A DNA stretch of 64,000 nucleotides, from contig JBGSYD010000001.1 of the NCBI GenBank assembly GCA_041751055.1, positions 121,347 through 185,346 of the forward strand, given 5' to 3'. The translations under genes were made by a program, and so were the position numbers. This stretch comes from Acidimicrobiia bacterium. GTDB lineage: Bacteria; Actinomycetota; Acidimicrobiia; Spongiisociales; ZC4RG35. Numbering within the stretch: position 1 is the stretch's first letter; each line of letters starts with the position of its first letter. This document shows, one piece after another, positions 55,767 through 64,000 of this stretch. The notes below the pieces were generated by a model, which had not been told where the DNA came from, searched no databases, and saw only the letters and a program-made list of their open reading frames with translations.

Positions 55767-56696
55767 GAGATCCTCTGGAAGACCTCCCTGGTTCCGGAGG
55801 GGTATAGCGGGAACGCAGTGTGGGGGAGCTCCCCGGCAATCGACACCAAGCGCGGTCAGGTTTACATCGCCACCGGCAGCAACTATTAGGTCCCGCAGAG
55901 CGTGCTCGACTGCGTGGCGACGGCCGGCGGCGATCCAGCGGCCACGGCAGCTTGCCTCCCGGCCGATAATCACTTCGACAGCGTCCTGGCGCTCGATATG
56001 AAGACTGGTGCTATCCGGTGGGCCACTCGTGCGATCCCGTTCGATGCCTGGAACGTCGACTGCATTCCCTTCTTCGGTGACGGCGACAATTGTCCGGATC
56101 CGGCCGGCCCTGACTTCAATTTCGGCCAGGCCCCGGCGCTGTTCAATGCGAAAGGTGCCAAGGGCAAGCCGGTCGAGTTGGTGGGTGCCCGACAGAAGAG
56201 CGGCCAGTACTGGGCGCTCAACCCCAATACTGGCGCCGTCGTATGGGTCACCCAAACCGGACCCGGCGGGACCGCCGGCGGCCTCCAGTGGGGCTCGGCT
56301 GTTGACGGTAACCAGGTATACACGGCCAACGCCAACAGCAACTCCATTCCGTGGACGCCCCTCCGTGGGGCCGAGACGACGAGCGGCGGGTGGAGCGGGC
56401 TGGACGCCCTTACCGGTGAAGTGCTTTGGCAGACCACGCCTCCGAATGGGGGCGGCACGTCGGGCCCGGTGACAACTGCCAACGGTGTCGTATTCGGCTG
56501 CTCGCTCGACGCGGCCGGTTACATGTATGCGTTGAACGCGACAACTGGATCAGTGTTGTGGAGCTACGCGAGCGGAGGCTCTTGCCTGTCGGGAGCTGCC
56601 ATCTCCGACGGCATGCTGTTCTGGGGATCCGGATACAGCAACTTCGGTTTCGGGACGCCGAACAACCAGCTCTATGCCTTCGGGCTGTCCAGCTGA
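55764..56696 (+). pseudogene. 5'-truncated PQQ-type beta-propeller (polyvinyl-alcohol dehydrogenase-like) with an in-frame TAG
   Basis: GEILWKT..SGNAVWGSSPAID..VYIATGSNY*VPQSVLDC..; TAG at 55887-55889; A.D..TG...W blade repeats; no N-terminus or signal peptide. Confidence 0.78.
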
Positions 56697-56729
56697 AGTA
56701 GGCCGCCCGACAGGGTGGAGACGGTAGAC

Positions 56730-56766
56730 GGGGGGTTGGCCGACAGGTTCGACCAACCCCCGCCGT
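56730..56766. terminator. GC-rich hairpin between convergent genes
   Basis: GGGGGTTGG-ccgacaggttcga-CCAACCCCC. Confidence 0.55.
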
Positions 56767-56886
56767 AAAGTTGCTCATAAACGCCCGCTTCACATACGCC
56801 CGCTAGTGCCGTTATGTGCTCGGGAGGGGCATGCAGGACAGTTGTAGAACACGGGTCTGATAAGAACCATTGTTGTGAATAGGTTT

Positions 56887-57366
56887 TTACAGATATGGTC
56901 CGGAGCGATCTGATTCGTCGCCAGAAGGCGCCATCAGGGACCGGCGCTGCATTTCTGCCAGCTGGCTTTGGGCCGCCATCTGTTGGGACCAGAGCGACGC
57001 CTGAATGCCATGGAAAAGGCCCTCGAGCCATCCGATCAGCTGCGCTTGGGCGATTCGTAGTTCGGGTTCGGTGACCGCCTCGACCTTGAGGGGGATCATG
57101 ATCTCGTCGAACTCTTCGAGAAGGTCTGGTGACAGGACATCGCGAAGCTCTGCCACCGATCGACCGTGAACCTCGGCGAGTCTGGCGCGCCCGCCCTCAT
57201 CGAGAGGAGCCTGCCGCACCTCCTCGAGCATCGCCCTCGTCATGGTGGCGATACGGATGAGTTTGGTCGGTTCGGACACGGGGGAGTCTTCGCCACCCGA
57301 CGCGTCGGAGGCGGCAATGATTTCACTGATGACTTTGGGTTCTGTTGATTCATCCATTGAGGTCAA
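56887..57366 (-). CDS. bpa: Bacterial proteasome activator (DUF2587)
   Basis: P.KL.RI, LEEVR.APLD..GR.RL, ELRIAQAQL.GWLEGLFHGIQ, C-terminal GPYL (HbYX-type). Confidence 0.92.
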   Translation of the reverse strand: MTSMDESTEPKVISEIIAASDASGGEDSPVSEPTKLIRIATMTRAMLEEVRQAPLDEGGRARLAEVHGRSVAELRDVLSPDLLEEFDEIMIPLKVEAVTEPELRIAQAQLIGWLEGLFHGIQASLWSQQMAAQSQLAEMQRRSLMAPSGDESDRSGPYL

Positions 57367-57396
57367 GCCTATCGGCGGTAGGTGAATACGGCCCGG

Positions 57397-58425
57397 CTAC
57401 AACTCGATCTCGAACTCGTGGTGGGCGAGTGCGGAGCGCAGGTCGTCCGCCTCATCGGCACCAACGGTAAGCGTGAGAATTCCCCCACCTCCATGCTCGG
57501 CATGGCGCAGTTGGAGGTCTCTGAGATCTACGGCGGATTCTTCGAGAGCGCGGCCCACCATTGCAATTTCGCCCGGGCGATCAAACAGGATCACCCGAAC
57601 CTCGGCTCCATGAGCGGCCAGGTGCGATCGAACATTGCCTGTCTCTTTCAAGAAGTCCGCAACTGAGTCACCTTCACCCATTTCGAGGTGCGAGGAGATT
57701 CGCAAGAGTGCGGCCCTGAGCTCGGAGATCGCCGCTCCGACCTGCTCGGCGTTCGTGATCAGGATGTCGGTCCACCAGTCGGAGCCCGAGGCGGCAACGC
57801 GTGTCAAATCCCGAAAACTACCCGCGCTCACGTTCAGGGCTTGCGGATCGGCCGACGCCAGCTGAACCAATGCTGACGCGAGTACCCGGGGCAGGTGGGA
57901 GACCAAAGCGACCGAGCGATCGTGATCGTTCGCCGACATGATTACCGGTGTGGCGCCGAGGGAAGTCACCAATGCTCCGATCTTTTCCACGTCGTCCGGG
58001 CTCGCTGTGTCGTCGCAAAGGATCCATTTTGCGCCGTGGAACAGATGAGAGGATGCGTGGGCGACTCCGCTGGCGGCGCTTCCGGCCATGGGGTGGCCGG
58101 CGACGAATCGGCTCAAGTGTGATCCTGCCGAGACAATGGGCATCTTGATACTGGTTATGTCCGTGATGACTGCCGGAGTCTCGATTGTCCTCAGAGTCGC
58201 GATCGTTGCTGCAGACGGGCCAGCGAGAACGACGACGTCGGCTGCCGACATGCCCTCATGTGGATCACTGTTGGCCTTGAGGATCGCCCCTCGATTGACC
58301 GCCTGACCCAGCGCTTCCCGGTCAGGGTCCCACCCGGACACCGACCAACCGGCCTCAGTCAGGCCCAGACCGATCGATGCGCCAATGAGACCCGTGCCGT
58401 GTATCAAGACGTCGCCTGATGTCAT
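57397..58425 (-). CDS. tyrA: Prephenate dehydrogenase with a C-terminal ACT domain
   Basis: [45 protein letters not shown]; start reset to MTSGDV. Confidence 0.93.
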   Translation of the reverse strand: MTSGDVLIHGTGLIGASIGLGLTEAGWSVSGWDPDREALGQAVNRGAILKANSDPHEGMSAADVVVLAGPSAATIATLRTIETPAVITDITSIKMPIVSAGSHLSRFVAGHPMAGSAASGVAHASSHLFHGAKWILCDDTASPDDVEKIGALVTSLGATPVIMSANDHDRSVALVSHLPRVLASALVQLASADPQALNVSAGSFRDLTRVAASGSDWWTDILITNAEQVGAAISELRAALLRISSHLEMGEGDSVADFLKETGNVRSHLAAHGAEVRVILFDRPGEIAMVGRALEESAVDLRDLQLRHAEHGGGGILTLTVGADEADDLRSALAHHEFEIEL

Positions 58426-58483
58426 TTCGTCTCCATTTGGGGCGAGAGTAGGCGTCACGAATCCACGCCAAAGGGTTTGGGGC

Positions 58484-58512
58484 TTGACGTCCGGCGAATA
58501 TGACGACACAAT
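58484..58512 (+). promoter_or_regulatory. Promoter of the pheA-fusion leader
   Basis: TTGACG-N17-CACAAT, 8 nt before ATG 58521. Confidence 0.62.
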
Positions 58513-58520
58513 CCCCGTTA

Positions 58521-58598
58521 ATGAGCACAACTCTGCGTCCGGGCGTTGCCACGCCAGTGACCTTCGCAGAGTTTTCACGCGGCTATTTCGGCGTTTAG
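58521..58598 (+). CDS. Putative Phe/Tyr leader peptide [25 protein letters not shown]
   Basis: ATG at the predicted TSS; 3 Phe and 1 Tyr in the last 11 codons; upstream of the CM-PDT-DAHPS gene. Confidence 0.5.
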   Translation: MSTTLRPGVATPVTFAEFSRGYFGV

Positions 58599-58678
58599 CG
58601 CCGATACACCTCACCTCCGCGATCCCCCTTTCAACCCCTCTGCCACCGCGCACGCCGCATTGCCCCATGGAGCCAATC

Positions 58679-60721
58679 ATGGAAGAACTTCCTGAAGAAA
58701 AGTCAATTGTCGACCATGTCGAACAACTCAGGGTTGGTGTCGATGAGATCGATGACCAAATCCTGTCATTGCTCGCCAACAGACGCCGTCTCTCCACTGA
58801 CATAGCTATCGAGAAGCAACGGAATCACCGCCCTTTTCGCGACGAGGAAAGAGAACAATCCTTGCTGGCAAAGCGCGCCGAGGCGGCAAGGGATCATGAA
58901 CTCGACTCGGGCCTCGTCATTCGATTGTGGGAACAAATCATCGACGATTCCGTGCGACTCCAGCACGAATATCTCCAGGGCGAGATCAATGGTGGCTTCA
59001 GGCCGACCAAGGTCGCGATTCAGGGAATCGAAGGCTCGTACAGCCAACTTGCCACACTCCAGCACTTCAGCAACAAACCGGTGGATCTCACTTTCATCGC
59101 CAGCTCCCGTTTCTCCGATGCCATCGAGGCTGTTGAGCACGGCCGTGCCGATATCGCCGTGCTGCCAGTTGAGAACACCACTTCAGGTGGGATCGCCGAG
59201 GTCTACGACCTGCTCCTGCACAGCCGACTTTCGGTAGTCGGCGAAGTCAAGTTCCTGGTCCGCCACTGCCTACTCGGCAGCGCCGAGTCTTCAATGGCCG
59301 GTCTGAAAACCGTTTACGGGCATCCGCAGGCGGTCACCCAGTGCTCGGACTTCCTCAATAGCCTCAACGATGTCGAGGTGATCTATTTCGGTGATACCGC
59401 GATGTCGGGTAGGAGGATTCACGAGTTGGGCGATCCGACGGTTGCGGCAATCGCCAGTGAGGAAGCCGCCAAGATTTTTGGCTTGCAAGTCCTCAAGACC
59501 GGGATCAGCAACCGCAAACAGAATTACACCCGCTTTCTCGTGGTGGCCCGCGAACCGATCGCTGTTGATCTCCAGGTGCCCTCAAAGACATCTCTCGTGA
59601 TGGCCGTGGGCAACGAGCCGGGCGCCTTGATGGAAGTCCTGTCCGAATTTCGAACCGAAGCCATTCCGTTGGTCAAGCTGGAATCGCGTCCCACGATCGA
59701 CAACCCCTGGGAAGAGATGTTCTACCTCGACTTCGAAGGGAATCTGGCGGATAGGAGAGTGCAGCGCGCGCTCGATGGGATCAAGCGGAAGGCGAAGTAC
59801 GTTCGGGTTCTGGGCAGCTATCAGTCCGAAGACCTCCGGCCTCATCGCTCACGGGTCACTGTCACCGAGCCACCGGTGGACACCGACGCCGGGTCGGTGG
59901 AGTTGAAGACAGTTGCCTCATCGGTCGAGCCCAATGGATACCGGCTCGCCTCACGCCATCACAAGGCAGAGAACACCGTGATCGACGTGGGCGGGGTCAA
60001 GATCGGTGGCGACCGAATGTTTGTCATTGCCGGGCCCTGCGCGGTGGAGTCGATCGACCAGGTCATGGAATCCGCCAAGGCCGTGAAGGCCGCCGGAGGG
60101 ACGATGCTACGCGGCGGTTGTTTCAAACCGAGAACATCGCCATACAGCTTCCAAGGCCTCGGCTATGAAGGTTTGGAGATGCTGGCGGAGGCGGGACGGG
60201 TCTACGGACTACCGATCGTCACCGAGGTGCCTGCTCCTGAGGAGGTCGAAAGAATGTCAGCGTTGGCCGATGTCCTCCAGATCGGCGCTCGCAACATGCA
60301 GAACTTCACGTTGCTGTCAGAGGTTGGTCGATCGTCACGACCTGTGATGTTGAAGCGGGGGATGAGCGCATCCCTCGATGAGTTGCTCCAGGCAGCCGAG
60401 TACATCCTGTCGGCTGGGAACCAGCAAGTGTTCCTCTGTGAACGGGGGATCAGGACGTTCGAGACCTCGACACGCAACACACTCGATGTGGCCGCGGTTC
60501 CGGTGCTGAAGAGCCGCACCCACCTTCCAATCATCGTCGACCCGTCACACGCTGCGGGCGATCGACTTTTGGTCGCTCCGCTTGCGTTGGCGGCGCAGGC
60601 GGCAGGAGCGGACGGGATCATGGTTGAGATTCACCCCAATCCAGCCGAGGCGTTGAGCGACGGTCCACAGGCACTGGGTCTGGACGACTACAAACAGTTG
60701 ATGACGATGCTTAGGGTGTAG
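58679..60721 (+). CDS. pheA: Trifunctional chorismate mutase / prephenate dehydratase (ACT) / class I-beta DAHP synthase
   Basis: LR..VDEID...RD.ERE (CM); [29 protein letters not shown] (PDT); [40 protein letters not shown] (DAHPS). Confidence 0.93.
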   Translation: MEELPEEKSIVDHVEQLRVGVDEIDDQILSLLANRRRLSTDIAIEKQRNHRPFRDEEREQSLLAKRAEAARDHELDSGLVIRLWEQIIDDSVRLQHEYLQGEINGGFRPTKVAIQGIEGSYSQLATLQHFSNKPVDLTFIASSRFSDAIEAVEHGRADIAVLPVENTTSGGIAEVYDLLLHSRLSVVGEVKFLVRHCLLGSAESSMAGLKTVYGHPQAVTQCSDFLNSLNDVEVIYFGDTAMSGRRIHELGDPTVAAIASEEAAKIFGLQVLKTGISNRKQNYTRFLVVAREPIAVDLQVPSKTSLVMAVGNEPGALMEVLSEFRTEAIPLVKLESRPTIDNPWEEMFYLDFEGNLADRRVQRALDGIKRKAKYVRVLGSYQSEDLRPHRSRVTVTEPPVDTDAGSVELKTVASSVEPNGYRLASRHHKAENTVIDVGGVKIGGDRMFVIAGPCAVESIDQVMESAKAVKAAGGTMLRGGCFKPRTSPYSFQGLGYEGLEMLAEAGRVYGLPIVTEVPAPEEVERMSALADVLQIGARNMQNFTLLSEVGRSSRPVMLKRGMSASLDELLQAAEYILSAGNQQVFLCERGIRTFETSTRNTLDVAAVPVLKSRTHLPIIVDPSHAAGDRLLVAPLALAAQAAGADGIMVEIHPNPAEALSDGPQALGLDDYKQLMTMLRV

Positions 60722-60727
60722 CCGACG

Positions 60728-61330
60728 ATGACAACCGGTGGAAAGAAGGCCCGCGAGCGGGCAGCCCGCAAGGCTGCAATCGAGGCCAAGAAGCGAAAGC
60801 GCCGAAATCTCATCATCGGAGCCCTTGCCGTCGTGGTGATCGGGGTCGTGGCATTTGCTGTGACGAGGCCCGAGGCCGCAGAACTGGCTGCGACGGAGAC
60901 ATTCCCCGACCTCGGTGCCGGCGATCATCTTCAACCGGGCGACCCTGTCCCGGTCTATAACTCGTCGCCGGCGACAAGCGGTCCGCACAACCCTTCTGCG
61001 GCGGCGTGTGGCATCTACACCGAAGAGCTACCCGATGTCACTCTGGTCCACAATCTGGAGCACGGGACGGTTGTGGTGCACTATCAACCCGATCTGCCGG
61101 CCGACGAGTTGGCCACGATCGAGGAGTTTGCCCGGTCCAAGCCTTCGCACATCCTGGTGGCACCCAGGGCCGGATTGAGCGATCCAGTGGTTCTGGCATC
61201 CTGGACAAGGCTGCTTCCGATCAGCAACGGTGACCTGGCGACTCTCGAGGTGTTTTATGATCGGTGGGCACGGATCGGCCCCGAGGTCGGGGTGCAATGC
61301 CCCTTCGCCATCGATCAGTCTGTCGGTTGA
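60728..61330 (+). CDS. DUF3105 membrane-anchored protein
   Basis: YNSSPATSGPH, LVHNLEHG.VVV.Y, LASW. Confidence 0.85.
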   Translation: MTTGGKKARERAARKAAIEAKKRKRRNLIIGALAVVVIGVVAFAVTRPEAAELAATETFPDLGAGDHLQPGDPVPVYNSSPATSGPHNPSAAACGIYTEELPDVTLVHNLEHGTVVVHYQPDLPADELATIEEFARSKPSHILVAPRAGLSDPVVLASWTRLLPISNGDLATLEVFYDRWARIGPEVGVQCPFAIDQSVG

Positions 61331-61334
61331 GGTC

Positions 61335-61712
61335 CTAAAGACTCGATAGCGGGTGCTGGTCCATGGTTGGCATGACGGCTCCGCAGTACTGGCACTTGGG
61401 AAGTCCGTGGGCAACCATCGAGTCACAGCTGGTGCACCTCGTAGCATTCGGAACCCCGTCTTCACGCTCAATGCGCTCTTGCTCCTGAATCGCCTCGATC
61501 TTGTCCATCAAGGCGTCGGCCGTCATCCCTTGCTCTTCGAGAAGCTCCCACATCGCCCGAAGTATCACACCGACGTTGTCGATTTTTTCGTTGAGCTGCT
61601 CCATGCGGTCGGTGCGCATATTGCTCTGCGCGATCTCCATGCTGCGCTCCAAAGAAGATGCCCGCGCTGAAGCTCTCTCGCCCATTGAATAGCCGACTAT
61701 GAACTCAAGCAT
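61335..61712 (-). CDS. Hypothetical protein with a C-terminal zinc ribbon
   Basis: RAMWELL coiled region, CTSC...CQYCG. Confidence 0.72.
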   Translation of the reverse strand: MLEFIVGYSMGERASARASSLERSMEIAQSNMRTDRMEQLNEKIDNVGVILRAMWELLEEQGMTADALMDKIEAIQEQERIEREDGVPNATRCTSCDSMVAHGLPKCQYCGAVMPTMDQHPLSSL

Positions 61713-61815
61713 GCCCTCATGCTCCGCAAAATGGCTGCGATGTCAAGGGAGCGACAGGGTTACAGACGAGTGTTGAATACCGTACGATCACGTTGAGCAA
61801 CGATGAGGACGGACA

Positions 61816-62064
61816 ATGACCGAGGATAAGAAGGGCGATTTCCCGCCAATCCTCGACGCAGCGCAGGTAGCAGAGTTACTGGGGATGAATATCCAGATGG
61901 TGCGGCGATACGCCAGGGAGGGGCGGTTGCCTGCCTACAAACTCCCAGGCGGAAGGACCTTTAAGTTCTTCAGAGAGGAGATTTTCGAGTTTCTCCGCGC
62001 CCACCCGGTGACTGCAGAAAGCGAGTCCCGCGATGTGTTTAGTGAGCGACGGTGGACCGAATAA
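61816..62064 (+). CDS. Small helix-turn-helix protein (excisionase/BldC-like)
   Basis: LDAAQVAELL...VRRYAREGRLPAYKLPGGR.FKF.R. Confidence 0.85.
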   Translation: MTEDKKGDFPPILDAAQVAELLGMNIQMVRRYAREGRLPAYKLPGGRTFKFFREEIFEFLRAHPVTAESESRDVFSERRWTE

Positions 62065-62599
62065 CCGCCCGAACCATTTCGATCGATACGTAGACGTCGC
62101 GCCCATCGGCGTCTTCCATCCTCATGTGATCGTCGGCCACGGTCATGATCGTGCCCATGATCGCCGAGCCCCCGGCCACCTCGACACGAACCCGCGATGC
62201 GGCAGCGGCGTGCTCGCCGAGACGTCCCTTGAGGCTCATACCGCTCCTGGTCGGTGGCGGCATTTCCCCTTCGAAGTCTGTAAAGGCCCAAACCGCGGTT
62301 GGCAGATACACGTCAGCCTCCTGGTCGGCCAGACGCAGCGTGATGTAGTCAGACCCGGTGGCCACGATCGGCCCGCTGTGCACTTTGCTGTCGAACTCAG
62401 CTGTCCCACGTTGGCCGGCATGGGCGGCCTCCTCGGCGACACCGGCAAAGTCGAGGCGGCGTTGCCGCAGGGTCTCGGTCAGTTGTTCCTCTTCGGCGGC
62501 CTCTTCTGCAAACTCTCGACCCGCTTCCTGCCTGAGAATGGAGGGGAGCTCTTCGCCTGGAATGTTCTCTTGTGTCATCGGATTTCGCGCTCTCGACAT
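62039..62599 (-). CDS. Hypothetical protein, possibly with two Sm-like beta domains
   Basis: Acidic helix, then two G.I...G/A.DY/H repeats; start uncertain. Confidence 0.6.
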   Translation of the reverse strand: MSRARNPMTQENIPGEELPSILRQEAGREFAEEAAEEEQLTETLRQRRLDFAGVAEEAAHAGQRGTAEFDSKVHSGPIVATGSDYITLRLADQEADVYLPTAVWAFTDFEGEMPPPTRSGMSLKGRLGEHAAAASRVRVEVAGGSAIMGTIMTVADDHMRMEDADGRDVYVSIEMVRAVIRSTVAH

Positions 62600-62630
62600 C
62601 GACTGTTCCTTACAGAATAGTTTTTCGGCA

Positions 62631-63311
62631 GTGAACTTGGCTCCCTTAACGTCATCGAGGGAAGCGGGCACCTCACTTGCGGCCCGGTGCAGCTCCACCC
62701 GCCGGCCGTCCCTTTCACACGTCCTCATCGCGCTGGCGGTGATCCTGGCCTTCGTCTTCAACTTTCTAGCGTTGCAAGATCGTGGGAGCACCGCCTTGGT
62801 CGCGGTTTCGAATTCTCAGTTGATTCCGGGCTCGGTGATCTCAGTCGAGGACGTTCGCTTCGTGTCGATTGATTCAGATTTCGAGGGCCTGTCCGGTTTG
62901 GTCGACGAGGCGACCTGGCTCGATGTCGAAGGCTGGGTAGTCACTCGCCCCGTTGATAAGGACGTTCCGATCGATCGAGCGTTGCTGGCCAGAGCCACAG
63001 ACGCAGATGGACTCGGACAAATGAGCATTCCGGTCCCCATTGAGCACGCGGCCGGTGGGCTGCTCGAGGTCGGCGATCTGGTCGATGTGATCTCGGTCGG
63101 GGACGAGGGACCCGTTTACGTCGGGCGAGGCCTGCTGGTTGTCAAAGTAGGGCCTGTCGAGGGGTCGGGAATTGGAGTGGCGGGCGACTATCACGTCGTA
63201 TTGGCCGTGGATGTAGATCAGGCTCTGGGCCTTGCCGGAGCGATCAACGAGGGTTCTATCGAGGTCGTCCGGTCCGCCGCCACAGCTCCTGGGAACAGTG
63301 GTGAGGGATGA
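62631..63311 (+). CDS. SAF domain / CpaB(RcpC)-like pilus assembly protein
   Basis: N-terminal TM, L.PG.VI..EDV, AAGGLLEVGDLVDVI; GTG start inferred. Confidence 0.75.
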   Translation: MNLAPLTSSREAGTSLAARCSSTRRPSLSHVLIALAVILAFVFNFLALQDRGSTALVAVSNSQLIPGSVISVEDVRFVSIDSDFEGLSGLVDEATWLDVEGWVVTRPVDKDVPIDRALLARATDADGLGQMSIPVPIEHAAGGLLEVGDLVDVISVGDEGPVYVGRGLLVVKVGPVEGSGIGVAGDYHVVLAVDVDQALGLAGAINEGSIEVVRSAATAPGNSGEG

Positions 63312-64000
63312 GCGGTCCGAGCGTGGCCATTGCTGCCTCCACGAGGCCGTGGGGTGACCAGCTTCACCGGTTTGTCCTCGATCATGGAGGTGCCACAGTC
63401 AAGGCGCGGGTGATGTCGGTGGATCAAGCCACGTCGGCTGATTTTGACGTGCTAGTCATCGACGACATCTGCTCGTTCTTGACACGGCGGTTGATCGTGG
63501 ACATGCGCCGGCTCGGCCGCGGTGTCATCGGCGTCTTTGCACCCGGGGACGGGCCCGACGCGAAGCGAAGGCTCCTGGAGGTCGGAATCAGCGACGTCAT
63601 CGATTCTGACGCTTCGCCTTCGGAACTCCTCGAACAGGTTCGACTGGTCGACGGGCATCGGCAGATTCCACGTCTGGAGGGCCACCCGTTGACGTCAGAC
63701 GGTTTGTGCTTGGCGATAACGGGACCTCCCGGAGGAGTCGGGATCACCGAAATTGCGCTTGGGATCGCAACCCAAATGCGTGGGCCAGGGGTGGCGCTCG
63801 TCGACCTAAATCAGCAATGGGCCGCGGTGGGCCAACGGCTTGGGTTGCCGGTGCACCCGAACTTGCGAACAGCCGTGGATTCCGTTCTTCACGATCCTGA
63901 CCGACTCAGCGGCTCGTTTCATCGAGTCGGCGAGATCGATGTAGTGGTGGGTCTGGTCAATCCAGACGCGGGCGTCCTGACAACAACAGACGCCTCAGCC
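63308..64000 (+). CDS. CpaE/Ssd-like receiver + MinD-type ATPase (runs off the window)
   Basis: Translated by hand: MSGPSVAIAAS..DVLVIDD..AITGPPGGVGITEIA..ALVDLN; ATGA overlap with the cpaB-like gene. Confidence 0.75.
   Translation, partial: MSGPSVAIAASTRPWGDQLHRFVLDHGGATVKARVMSVDQATSADFDVLVIDDICSFLTRRLIVDMRRLGRGVIGVFAPGDGPDAKRRLLEVGISDVIDSDASPSELLEQVRLVDGHRQIPRLEGHPLTSDGLCLAITGPPGGVGITEIALGIATQMRGPGVALVDLNQQWAAVGQRLGLPVHPNLRTAVDSVLHDPDRLSGSFHRVGEIDVVVGLVNPDAGVLTTTDASA

Noticed and set aside
55887-55889. Pyrrolysine or amber read-through in the PQQ gene
   Set aside because: The gene is also 5'-truncated and no pyl genes are present; simple decay is more likely
56837-56852. Second LexA box (TAGAACACGGGTCTGA)
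   Set aside because: The right half is mismatched and there is no credible downstream gene
58422-58436. Micro-ORF METK overlapping the tyrA start
   Set aside because: It has no regulatory codons and is explained by the GGAG SD sequence
61816-62064. Prophage or ICE excisionase
   Set aside because: No integrase, att site or phage genes nearby

Overview
A GC-rich, gene-dense core-genome window. Gene content points to an actinobacterium, probably Acidimicrobiia: WhiB, the proteasome activator Bpa, a DUF222-HNH gene with an actinobacterial LexA box, and many apparently leaderless genes. The taxon is inference. The window holds a partial tryptophan 2,3-dioxygenase and an aryl-CoA ligase, dinB, a persulfide-dioxygenase/rhodanese pair, purN-purH-folD, icd and a DUF4331-TPR-Ni/Co transporter operon. 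It continues with nadABC, mdh, purU, metY-metX, a complete arg/car cluster with lysA, two paralogous TadE/TadG pilin cassettes, sdhCAB, whiB, two gene remnants, bpa, tyrA and a CM-PDT-DAHP synthase fusion, and ends in the start of a cpaB/cpaE-like locus. No CRISPR array, rRNA, tRNA or transposase was seen. The most interesting signals are two short peptides below the ORF track's size cut-off that look like amino-acid-sensing leader peptides. One is a Met/Cys-rich 22-mer with terminator and antiterminator upstream of metY-metX. The other is a Phe/Tyr-containing 25-mer followed by a C-rich tract upstream of the aromatic fusion gene. Each sits just behind a TTGACG-N17-(-10) promoter. All family calls are from motif recognition by eye; no database search was run.
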